Shown here: positions 14,809 through 25,760 of the stretch, in pieces
Numbering within the stretch: the first letter of the stretch is position 1
How the letters are laid out: each line of letters begins with the position of its first letter
Origin: Lama glama
Taxonomy: Eukaryota
Direction of reading: 5' to 3'
Length of the DNA: 64,000 nucleotides
Assembly (NCBI GenBank): GCA_028534125.1
Contig: CM052817.1
Location: 35,900,001 to 35,964,000 of the forward strand
Position numbers and translations under genes: made by a program
The notes under the pieces: generated by a model
Told to the model about the DNA's origin: nothing
The model's database searches: none
Seen by the model: only the letters and a program-made list of their open reading frames with translations

Positions 14809-15290
14809 CGTTACAGGGTCCAGGCTCCTACTGCTTACCATATAACAGGCCAATAAATTGACAGACGAGGTGCTGGAGCAAGCAGCGACTTTATTCAGAA
14901 AGCCAGCAGACCAAGAAGATGGTGGGCCAGTGTCCCAAAGAACCATCTCACCCAAGTCAGAATTCAGACTTCTTTTATACTGAAAAGGGAGGTGGGTGGT
15001 TCATTGTTACAGACTTTTGGTGTCAGAATCCTATGTTCTTGTAGCTGACCACTTAGGTCAGGTTACGATGTTCCTGTAAACCTCTATCAAGACAAATGTT
15101 ATTCTCTTCTGCAATTTTTTTTATCTACGAATGGAAAAGTGTTATACCTTTAAAGGTCAGAGCCTTGAGAATGGGCTACCCTGTGTATTTCAGGCTATAA
15201 GCAACATTCTTACAGCAAAAGCAATAGAATACAAAGGTTAAAGTAAAAGAAATGTCTAATGTGGAGTCAGATTTGTTTTTCCCTATTACA
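14809..15290 (-). mobile_element. ERV1-class solo LTR (MER41-like)
   Basis: 482 bp. The minus strand starts TGTAATAGGG and ends GTAACG, with TATAAAA at 14973-14979 and AATAAA at 14890-14895. Flanks GACA/GATA fit a 4-bp TSD with one mismatch. Confidence 0.75.
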
Positions 15291-15849
15291 GATACTGCTA
15301 TTAGACAGTTAGCTGCCACAGGAATGCACAAGAACCCTACAGTAGTGGTCCCTCCATCTTTGTTAACATTCCATGATAAGCCTAGCAAATTATGTATGAC
15401 TCATGAATGCTTTTGTGATTATAAATTATATCCGTAAAAAATCCTCCGTTTGTATAGTACATATACATAGCATGTGGTTTTCTCTTAGTAAACACTTGAT
15501 TGTTAAATGAATAAATAAGTGGCATCTTGAGTTTCTGTTCTGTTTGTACGTCTTTCTCGCAATGGTTGAGCAAGTAATTTGATTTCTGAGTTTCAAATAT
15601 TTTTTCATTATAAAATGGGAATGATGGCATTTACATCCTAGCTTTTTTAATGTTGATTGAGAATACAGGTAAAAGTGCTTAATAATATTTTTTAAAAATA
15701 TCTCTTCTGCTCTAATATTTATCAATTGGAATATTGGTTTACTATTCATACCTTATAATTGGCAACATCTTTGCTCTTATCCTTGCCACAGTTGGAAATC
15801 AGGTGTGTTCCAAAAAGAGGGATATACTCAAATTAATGCATTTGTGAGA

Positions 15850-16020
15850 ACATAGGTCTCAGTCAGAGAAGCCTGCATTTGAAACCTGGCTTTGTCCATT
15901 ATTGGCTGTGCAAGTCTGAACCTTTCTTGAGCCTCAGTCTCTCATTTGATAAACATGAATAATACCTATACCGCCGGAATGGTTGTGATAACTAAATGAG
16001 AGCATGTGTGGGAGACTTGG
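15850..16020 (+). mobile_element. MIR
   Basis: agtcagagaagcctgcatttgaaacctggc...gagcctcagt...aatacctat...gttgtgata. Confidence 0.65.
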
Positions 16021-16534
16021 TGATTGTTTCCTATACCCCTTCACAAGTTAAAACACCTCTTTAATTATAGTTCCAGGAATGGTTATTCACTTAATATGAA
16101 TATTTTCTTATTTGTTCACGACTTTAACTTTTCCAGATTTTTTAAAAAGAATATAAACCATGTTACTTTTTTTACAGTCTCGCAGTGGGTCAGGCACTGT
16201 CCTAGCCACAGGTCATATGTTTAAAACAATTTTTTAATACAAATTTTAACAAATTGGATTATCATTAAAAAATCAAAAGTAATTGCTTCAAGGATTTTAA
16301 CTTATCCTTTATTCAGAGGTAAGATTTGAAAAAATTTCAGTGGAATCTTCCTGATAAACAGGTTGAAAATGAAGAACTCAGTTATTAAAGGCCACAGACA
16401 TATGTTCCCGTGAGCACTATATTCCTGCTTGTTTCTTCTGTCTTACAGATTTTATATTCTTGCAGAATATAATTATGGAATATAATGTGATATTTTAATT
16501 TCATACAAAATATAAATCTTTGTTATTTTTTCTC

Positions 16535-16835
16535 CCAGTTTCCTTGAGATATAGGTGGGATATAACACTGTATGAGTTTAAAGTGTACAACATGATGATT
16601 TGATATACGTGTATATTGTGAAATGATTACGACAGTAAGTTTAATTAACATCCATCACAGAGGTTTTTTTTTTTCTTGTGATGAGAACTTTTAAGATCTA
16701 CTCTTAGCAGCTTTCAAATCTACAACAGAGTATTATTAACTATAGTCGCCATACTGTACATTACATCCGCAGGAATTATCTTACAACTGGAAGTTTGTTA
16801 TTTTTTGACCACCTTCACCGGTTTCCCTCATCCTG
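16535..16835 (-). mobile_element. L1 (L1MA-type) 3' UTR fragment
   Basis: tttaaagtgtacaacatgatgatttgatatacg...gatgagaacttttaagatctactcttagc. Confidence 0.8.
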
Positions 16836-17359
16836 TATTTATTGTCCTTGATTCTTTTTTCTTTTTCGGATCTCTGAACTTTTTTCTCTGAAATCCCTTA
16901 GAAATTATATTCACGCTTACTCTTTTCAATTCTTTTGTCTGATGGCACTCATGGAATCCTATTTCTTCTCCTAACTTTTAAATGAGTCCCAAAGTGTTTC
17001 CAGGAGCAACCCAAGATGTATCACCACACATTAATTGTGCAAATATTTGTTACGAAGCTTACAAGGAAACAATAAGATATTGCCCTGTCCCTCAAGGAGT
17101 TCACAATCTAGAAGGATAGGTTTGTTAACAATAGCAATGCCGTGTGTAAGTATTATACTAGTTGTTTAAACCAGACACATGTGCACAAAGAGACAACTTT
17201 AGTCAAGAATGCTGATGACACTGGTGCTGGGTATTGAAGTGTGTAAAGCTCTGTATTAAAGTGAGAAAGGAGACAAGGGCATTTCTGGCAAATACCAGGT
17301 CATAAACAAAAGTTCTGAAGTGGGAAAGCATAAGCCTTATTTAATTTGAAGAATGATAA

Positions 17360-18141
17360 TGTACTATTTTTCTACTGCTGCTGTAACAAATTATCACCAA
17401 TTTAGTGACTTAAAACAACTTTACTGTTCAGTAGGTCAGAACTCTGTAGTCAGTTTCACTGGGTCAAAATCAAGGTCTGTCTTGTCCCTCTAAAGGCCAC
17501 TTTAAAAAAAATTTTTTATTGAAGTGTACTTGTTTTACAATGTTACTTTCAAGTGTACAGCAAAGTGACTTGGTTATACATATATATACATATATTTTTT
17601 TCTTTTCAGATTCTTTCCATTATATGTTACTACGGAAATTGATTATGGTTCCCTGTGCTATACACTAGGTCCTTGTTGTTTATCTACTTTATATATAGTA
17701 AAGTGTGTCTGTTAATCCCCAACCCCTAATTTATCCCTCCCTGCTCTTTCCCCTTTGGTAGCATTATTTGTTTTCTGTGTCCGTGAGTCTGTTTTTGGTT
17801 TGTAAATAGGATTTGTATCATTAGAGGCCACTTTCATTCCTTGGCTGTGGCCACTTCCTCTCTCTTCAAGCCAATACCTTGTACCTTCAGATCTCTCTGA
17901 CGCAGTTGCTGACTGCATCATCACAGCTCCTCTGACTCTGATCTCTTCCTGCCTTCTTATAAGGACTCACGTGATTGGGCCACACTGAGGTTAGGTTATC
18001 CGGAATAATCGTCCCCATCGCAAGGTCCTTCATTTAATTACACCTGCAAAATCCTTTTGCCATGCAAGGTAACATATTCACAAGTTCTGGGCATCAGGAT
18101 GTGGGCACATTTGGATGAGATTATTATCCAGCCTACCACCA
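17360..18141 (-). mobile_element. MaLR solo LTR (MLT1C/D-like), interrupted by L1
   Basis: tgctgctgtaacaaattatcac...cttaaaacaac; cacctgcaaaatccttttgccatgcaaggtaacatattcaca; ends gcctaccac. Confidence 0.8.
17504..17821 (-). mobile_element. 5'-truncated L1 3' UTR nested in the MLT1
   Basis: 13-bp TSD with one mismatch: taaaggccacttt (17491-17503) and tagaggccacttt (17822-17834). Contains the L1 3' UTR motif ccctgtgctatac. Confidence 0.85.
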
Positions 18142-19631
18142 GCAAGAGGTAAGAGTTTAAGATATATAATGGAGATAAGGCTAATGGGGAATTTGATTTT
18201 GAAAAGCCTTGAAGCCATGCTAAAGGAGTTTGGAATTTCGTCTGTAGGCCTACAGTTTTTATTCTTATAAAAGGTTAAAAATATTATGATGGATGCTCAC
18301 TTCAGTGTGCACATACTCAGAATCCAAATACAATTACATGGGTGATCACAGGTGCCTTGAACCCCATCTATGGAGCCCTTAGGCCTAAAGAGAAGGAGAA
18401 CAAGCAGGAAAGGAATACAGCCAAACCAGTTTCAGAAATGGACGGGTATAGCTGTACTGAAGGGATGCTGATGGGGTCCACGTTTAAAATGTTTACATTT
18501 TAAAAATGGCTGTGAGAACAGAGAAGAAATTGACTTGCAAACTTTCAAGAGGTAGAATAAATAGGCTGTGACAATTTTCTAAGGAGGGATTAAGGAAGCC
18601 AGAAGAGGCTGCAGCAGCCTTTGAGATGTTTATGAAAATGATCGTAATGTACACTTCCTACTGAAATTTCCTCCCACTTCATGACGTGATTAGATTCTAG
18701 AGTCTACCTGAAACCAGGTGCAACTTTCTGCTCAAACATGTTGTTTGCCAACTGATTAAATTTCTTCTGTTGGTAGGGCAACCATATAAAATCATAGTAC
18801 CAGTATGGGTCAGTGATTTTTTAGAACCATTTAAAAATATTTAAATCAAACTTACTTATAAAACACTAAGCTAAAAATTGTGTTTCTCTGAAGTTCTGTT
18901 GCCAAAGATATTATGACTTAGGTAATATAGTTTCTTAAACCAGAGGTGAGAAAGAATTCAGAATTACTTGTGAAGAGAGACAAAAAGCGTCAAGTTTCTT
19001 CTGGTTCTGGATTTATACAGCAAATTTGTTTGAAGACTGAATCAACACTGGTGGTATCGCAGTGTTACTTTCAGGATATGGGGATGGTGAAAGAAAAGTC
19101 AGGACCTGACAAGAAACCCCCTTGGTGAACAGACATTTCTTACTGCTACTTAAGGATAAGGTGGTCTAGAAAATCCCCTGGTGGAATGTTTTAGGGTGGT
19201 CCACACAGGCCTGCCTCCTCAGGTCCCCATCTCATGAACTGGTCCACAGAGGACCTTGCATTGGAGTTAGTGTGGAGGAGAGAGAAAGATCTTTCCAATG
19301 TAAGACAGACTTTTTGGTGATTGTGGGTTCTTAGGATCCTGGTAGAGAGGATTTTTCAATCCCCTGGCAGTAGCCTTTGTTGGTACCTCCCTTAGCCTCA
19401 GCTTCCCTAGAACACTTTTAAACGTGAAAGGGGACTCTATTAATAATTCCATTGAGCCAACAAGCATAATTCAAAACTTTCCCAAGCAGACTGGAGTTTA
19501 AAGTACCAGAGTTATTAGGCACTGCTCCAGTGTCCTGGAAAACAAAACTTTATGCCTCTCCTTTCTTCATGCCTCTCTTATCTTGACTAGCATGGCACCT
19601 TGTTTGCCTCTTTGTAAAGTCAGTTATCAGT

Positions 19632-19764
19632 TTTTTTGGGGGGGATAATTAGGTTTATTTATTTATTATTGTTCATTTTTTACTTAATGGAGGTACTGGG
19701 GATCGAACCCTTGACCTCGTGCATGCTAGGCGTGTGCTGAACCACTGAGCTATACCCTCACCCC
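19632..19764 (-). mobile_element. tRNA-Ala(AGC)-derived SINE, camelid type
   Basis: Minus strand reads GGGTATAGCTCAGTGG...CTAGCATGCACGAGG...GGTTCGATCCCCAGTACCTCCA followed by an A-rich tail. Perfect 11-bp TSD cagttatcagt (19621-19631, 19765-19775). Confidence 0.9.
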
Positions 19765-20204
19765 CAGTTATCAGTCTTACGAGTTTTTTCCTGCAAAATT
19801 CATGTGATTTATCCTTCACTATCTAAATTCAAGACACGTTCATCTCAGCTGAGTTATTATGAACAGGGTCCACTTATCTATAAAGAGTCTCCTTCCCATC
19901 CTAGCACCTCTTAGTCAGCCTTCCAGATTAATCTGGCCCTAGTTTTGTCAAGCTGTTCATTCTGTTTAAGAACCTACAGTAGTTCCCGATTGTTGATGAG
20001 GTCGAGCCTAGGTTTCTTTGCTGTTTCCAACTCCTTGCTTTTTTGCAATTTATGTCCTAAATATTTTGTGTTAAGAGTTAAAGTGGGGCTATAAATAGGT
20101 CTAGAAGAAGGGGCCATAGGGAAGCTAGTGAGAAAGTAATAGAAATGCAGGTCAGACAATGGAGCTTACATAATGCCCCATGAATCTGGAGTGTCTAAAC
20201 TGTG

Positions 20205-20625
20205 GGTTGTATTAAAGAGTGATGAGACCAGTACTCAGCACCTGAGATAAAAAGACAGCTGAATTTATTCACTCCTGTGGTAAGGGAAAGCTCGGCTGGC
20301 CAGGCAGTCTTTCTGAGCAGAGCAGACTCCTATTCTATATAGGGCTTTTGGGAAGTGTGAAATTAGGATTGGGAGGTTTTCAGGGGTTTGTTGGGATTAT
20401 CTGAAAGAGAGTGGTTATTCACATGGATTGTTTGGCACTCAAAGACATGTTTGTTAAAATGAGTATTCTTCACTGGCCAGAAGTCATGGGTTTTTGGTGA
20501 TGTATTGGCTTGCAAAATCAATTGGTTTACCAAGGCAAGTTGCCAACTGATTGAACAGGTTTAAATTAGTTAAGTTGGCTATTGGTTTCCATGGCTGCAG
20601 AGCACTCCATCTTTTCCTAGGACTG
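20205..20625. mobile_element. Old LTR-like element (family unresolved)
   Basis: LTR-like pattern (gatgagaccagtactc...gaatttattcactc). Weak recognition. Confidence 0.3.
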
Positions 20626-20923
20626 TAGTCATTTTTTCTTCCCTTTCCTGAATTGGGATGGGAATACATCTAGAATTCAGAATGAAGATGAGATACTCAG
20701 ATTTAAACTGGACCTTTTTTAGGGAAATCTTTCAGAAAAATAATTAGGAGAAGGTAAGAGTAGGCCCAACCCCAGGTGATAGGGCAGTTTTAACAACACA
20801 GATTAACAAAGCCAAAAAAGACCTATTTCCTGCTATTTTCCAAGGAACTGAAGCACACAGGCTAGTCTTTCTATGAGTATATGAGGAATCTAATGCCCAA
20901 TAATGTTATTGAATATTCTAGAG

Positions 20924-21116
20924 CAAGGGTGGGCAAACTTTATTATAAAGGGTCAAATGGTAAATATTTTAGACTTTCTGGGCCCAGTCTCTTGCAACTA
21001 CTGAGTTCTGTCACAGTACTGCCAAATTAGCCAGAGACATTCTGGAAACAGAAGGGTGTGACCAGATTTGGTCTAGGGTAGCTGATTTGGCACACAGGCT
21101 AGTTTGCTGACCCCTG
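20924..21116. mobile_element. MER58-like hAT-Charlie MITE
   Basis: Terminal inverted repeats caagggtgggcaaac and gtttgctgacccctg. The 8-bp flanks ttctagag and gcctagat fit the Charlie NTCTAGAN target. Confidence 0.8.
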
Positions 21117-22651
21117 GCCTAGATCAAGTCATCTTTCAGGTACATCTACTGTCATGGATTCAAACACTGAAGTATCTAAACCCTTCTGATTGAAAGAGAG
21201 TATATAAATGCTAAATAGTTGCTGACTGGCTGATTTCTGATTTCCTGTCTGGTTGGATGTCATTGATTTTGGGTCAAGTTGGGATACTTATTGAGAAATA
21301 GCTGGGACAGAGCCAGAGCTTGAGCAGAGACTGAGTTTAGACAAAAAGAGCCTCCACTGTCCCACTTCTGATGGGCCTCAGGTGGTTCATGCTGTAGTTG
21401 CCACCAGCACCAACCCCCCCACCCCCACACTCCAATACCTGCTGGTCCCTGCTACACGGCTGACGTCCTGTCTCTGGGCTACTGCTCTTTTGGTACCTCT
21501 TATGTCAACTCCAGTAGCAGAGATTTTGTCCTTTGAAAATTGGTGTGTCTTCCAGCTAACATCAGAAGGCGTGGCTTTGAAGCATTTTTAGCTTTTTTGG
21601 AGGCTAGAGGATAACCTGGCCTTTTTAGCTTCCTCCATCAAGCTTCCCCAGGTCAAAGGGTGGTTTGAATGATAGCATCCTAGGGGCCTGACCATTCGTT
21701 ACGTAGTAATTTTGACGCCTTCCTCCAGGGTGCCCAGGGTTCTTCTTGAGAATAGGGCATCCTTTGTCTTGCCATGGTATTTCAGCATTTCTGGAAGTGG
21801 TCATGGAATTAGCCCACCTTAGTGGGCTATTCAGAAAAGCACTTTTAAAAACTTTATCCTTTCTGGGGGAGAAGCAATAACTCATATCAGCACATCTCTT
21901 GGTTGTGGCTTGTATATCTTAAAGTTCTTTGTAAATCGATACTCAGGAATATACATACATGACAGCTCAGAGAACTTTCTGGAATCAATTGGACTCTATC
22001 ACTTTCGTCCATTTGGGGTCAGGAGAAAACATTTCAGACTCTAGTTACAGATATAGCCCATGCAGAAACAAACTTTGCAGTGAAGAGTATCTTCTGGTGC
22101 TTGTTAAATGGCCTGTTCAGGGATTCTATTTGCAAGTGAAATTCAGTCATGACAGAGAAAAATAAGGATGAAAATTAGTCACCACACTAATTTTACTTCA
22201 TAGTGGTATATAAGAAGTAATGAAAATTAGGACTAGTTTTTTTCCCTCCCATGTCATCCTTATATAGTAATATCCAAAATAGAATTGCCTGTTAGATAAA
22301 CAATAACAAGAAGTGTAATTCTTTGGTTCTCTAGCTTGTTCTACTTAACTGAATGTTTTTGAAATTCATCATGAAGAACTGATTGGAAAGAAGGGCAATA
22401 CAATTTTTAAAGAAATGGATAATGAGAGAAGGCTATCTTTATTAGATATTTAAATGAATTATAAAGATATCATTATTTAAATGTCATGAAAGTGATATAA
22501 AACTAGAAAAAATAGAATGTTAGCCTGAAAAATCCCCTGTATGTGCATGTGTATGTATGTGTGTATATATGAATTTAATATATAGTACGGTTAATTTAGG
22601 AAAAGTGGGAAATGAAAAATTTGCTCAGTAAATGGGGCAGATTCCTTAGTA

Positions 22652-23160
22652 TATTAGTTAGGGTAAAGACAAACTTGTTTCATATACACACATATATAAG
22701 ACCTTCAAATACAGTAGTATAATGTGAGTTTTATTTCATTCTCATGTAAAAGTTCCCCTTGGCCTCAGCTTGTAAGGCCCTTGTATTCCTCAAGGGCATT
22801 CTGAAGTCCAGGTCCCTTCCATCTAGTTACTCTGTCATCCCCTGAGACGTGGTCCGTCTTCTGCATGGCTGAAGCTAGGTTTCTGGTGCACCCGCATTCT
22901 GGCATGTCATGAAGGGGAAGGAGAGTAAATGTGGAGCAAGGGATTTCATACTAAGCACATGACACAGAAGTTGCACAAGTCGTATTTGCACCCCTTCTAT
23001 TAATATGTGAGTGGTCACATGGCCCTATGCACCTGTGTGGAAGCTTGGGGAACGTGGTCTTTAGCTGGATAACCTTGTGCTCAGCCACAACTACAGAGAA
23101 AGAGCTCTAATATTATGAGAAGGAGAGATTACATACTAAGAGAGTTAACATCCTGGGCCA
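22652..23160 (-). mobile_element. Old MaLR LTR (MLT1I/J-like)
   Basis: ttagttagggt...ttttatttcattctcatgtaaaagttcc...tggtcacatggcc...ctttagctgg. Confidence 0.55.
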
Positions 23161-23384
23161 GTAGTTATGTGAAAAATAAAAATCAAATCAATTTAGATCT
23201 TCATCTTCTAATGTATTTTGATATTCCAAATAGATATATACTGAAACCACATGATGAGCATCCATAACAGTTAGTTATAGCACTTGGCAAATGGTAATAA
23301 AAATAAATGCTTTTTATGGGATTATATCATTTGATCCTTACAATGACCCTATAAAAGAGACTGTTAACTGATAAGACTCCAGTT

Positions 23385-23950
23385 GCTAAATGGATGAAGA
23401 AAATGATCAAAGATAGTTCACAGAACAGAAAATACAAATGACTGAGGATTTTTCATATTTTTAATGTTATGATAGTAAACAGAAATACAGGTTTTAAAAT
23501 GAGAAATCATTTTCACTTACTAATTTAGGAAATATTTTACAAAATATTCAGACTTGGGTAAGGCATGTTGCAGAGTATAAACTGCCAGAGCCAATGTATG
23601 TCAAGATCTTTAGCATGTGTTCATGTTCTCTGTGATCCAGAAATTTCACTTTTAGGAGCCTTTACTAGAAACAGTCAGAATGAGGAGAAGGCATTACTTA
23701 AAATCACACACATAAAATCAGGAACCATATAACTGTCAAAAAATGGGAGAATAACTAAATTGTTGTATATACAGAATGCAATATTACACAATACTAAAAT
23801 AGTGTTAAAAGTATGGAGCATGCCTCTGATACAATGTTAAGTGATAAAAATTAGGACATAAAATTATCAGAAATTAGATTTACCTGATGTTTTTTTAAAA
23901 ATCATAGAAAAGATACTGCAAGTAGATTTGTTAAATGTTTCTGGGTGTCC
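23385..23950 (+). mobile_element. Very old L1 (L1ME-like) 3' fragments
   Basis: Degenerate sense-strand L1 motifs (gatccagaaatttcacttttagga, atacaatgttaagtgataaaa). Confidence 0.5.
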
Positions 23951-25199
23951 TCTGTTACTCTCTTACTACATCTTTGCTTCTTTATTAGCATCTCCACATT
24001 TATTAATCAGAAAGGTTTATTTACTTAATCCTCCCTCCCTCCACTAGATGATCCATGAGAGAAAGTACTACACATCGTCAGTAAGTTACATAGCATAGTG
24101 CCTGGCTTGGTATAGGCAATACGTACTGACTGGGTGATGTTGAGTGATGGTCCTCAAGGTGACCTAGTCTTTAAGCTTTTATTTGTCACCGTGGACCAGC
24201 AACATTTGTATAATCAGAAAAACAAACAAATTTTTAAAGTATTAGAACAGTTTATTTTATGGTCATTTTCTTTGATAATCAGCCCAATTGTGTCTATTGG
24301 GTGAATGGGAAGCAGAAATGATAAACTCTAGATTAAGGCAGAAGTAGAAAATATTTCTTTTTTTGATGGAGAAGAGTCTGTCCATTTTCCCACACCCATT
24401 CCCTTGTATGGCCTTGGGATTGTTTTCCTGCCTTGTGGAAATTGTGCAGTGTTCTGTGTGCACATACAGAAATAAAATGTGCTCTGTTGTGTCCTATGGC
24501 TTGCTCAACAGTTTGCTATCTTTTTGGCTCTGCTACAGGTAGCCTTGATTGGCTATATAGATACACAAAGAATACTAGATTTTAAGAAAAGTATTGAAAT
24601 GGGAACTGATTTCAGTTTTCCCTTTGCCTCCCACCTTCTCTTCTTAAGATATAACTCTATTAATGTTTTGTTACTGGGAGCAATTTAAGTCTTTTAAAGT
24701 TGGGGTCAAGTGAAACTTTCCATGTAACCTTTATCAGCTTTGTCTTAAATGTGCCAGTAAAAAAGATTTGGCAGAAAAGTGGTAATGGAAAAAAAAAAAA
24801 AAACAGGACAGTTTCCTTCTGGCTTATATGAAGTAGATATTTTAGCTACCTGTTCAAGTATTTGGAAACTGTAAAATCAGATTTTTCTAATGGCACAGCG
24901 TATGGAGTAGGAAGTTCTTGAAAGATCAGCTGGAGGCTCATTTTCCAGACTGTAAGCCACACACGTGGAATTGTGGATGTTGTTCTATGTTTATCACAGT
25001 GTTTATGTGAGTAAGGTAATTTGAGAGTAATTATTAGAAGCAGTACTTAACAGCTACATAAAACAGCATTTTCATTTAGAACAATTCTGACAGGAAACAA
25101 AAAAGTAAAGGGAAGGAAACTTTGACAGAGTTTAACTGATTTCTGGGGGGGGCCATAGAATTGAACCGGCCTCGGGAAAGTGAGGAGTTTGCAGATTTA

Positions 25200-25760
25200 A
25201 ACCTGAGTGTAAAGATGTGGCGACGGGAAGCAAGTGTGTGTTTTCGCTTTCTGTCCTTGGTCCTGTCGGTGAAGACCGCCAGGTGACCAGTGTTTTCTGA
25301 ACGGAAGCAGCCAGTGTGTGCGGCATCTGGCAAGTCAGGTTTAAGAGAAAGATGTCAGCGCCTGAAGCCCCGGGTCACGTGACTCCCTCCACCGCCAGGA
25401 CTAGACACTCAGGGTCGGGTTTCAACTCCAGGCGGTCCTGCCAGCCATGTGGGTCTAGCCAAAAGAGAAGCAGAGCCACACTTCGGAAAATGTTGGGAGC
25501 TGCCCTTAGCGTGCCGTCGGCCTCTGGGTCCGGAGCTTGTGTCCCACATCCGAGTGTATCGACTGCATGGAATTTGAGCGCCGTGCTGCCCTTCTGACGT
25601 TTTCGCCCCGGCTTCATCAGTTCTGCCCGGCGCTCCCTGCGAGAATGGGGGCAGGAGCTCTCGCCATCTGTGTGAGTACAGGCCGCCTCTCCGCCGGCGC
25701 CGCGGGGCCGGGTGAGGCCTGTGCCCTCCCGGTCCTGATGAGATGTCCGTGTGACTTTGT
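25200..25760 (+). promoter_or_regulatory. CpG-rich FAM13A promoter, 5' UTR and exon 1 region
   Basis: Local GC and CpG enrichment around coding exon 1 in AT-rich surroundings. The exact TSS cannot be determined from sequence. Confidence 0.75.
25645..25671 (+). CDS. FAM13A: FAM13A coding exon 1 (MGAGALAIC)
   Basis: ATG in strong context (AGAATGG), 27 nt of coding sequence, then donor GTGAGT at 25672. Phase 0 fits exon 2. The peptide is the recognised FAM13A N-terminus. Confidence 0.92.

Noticed and set aside
19685..19764. Functional tRNA-Ala gene
   Set aside because: The A-rich tail, TSD, encoded CCA and disrupted stems indicate a SINE.
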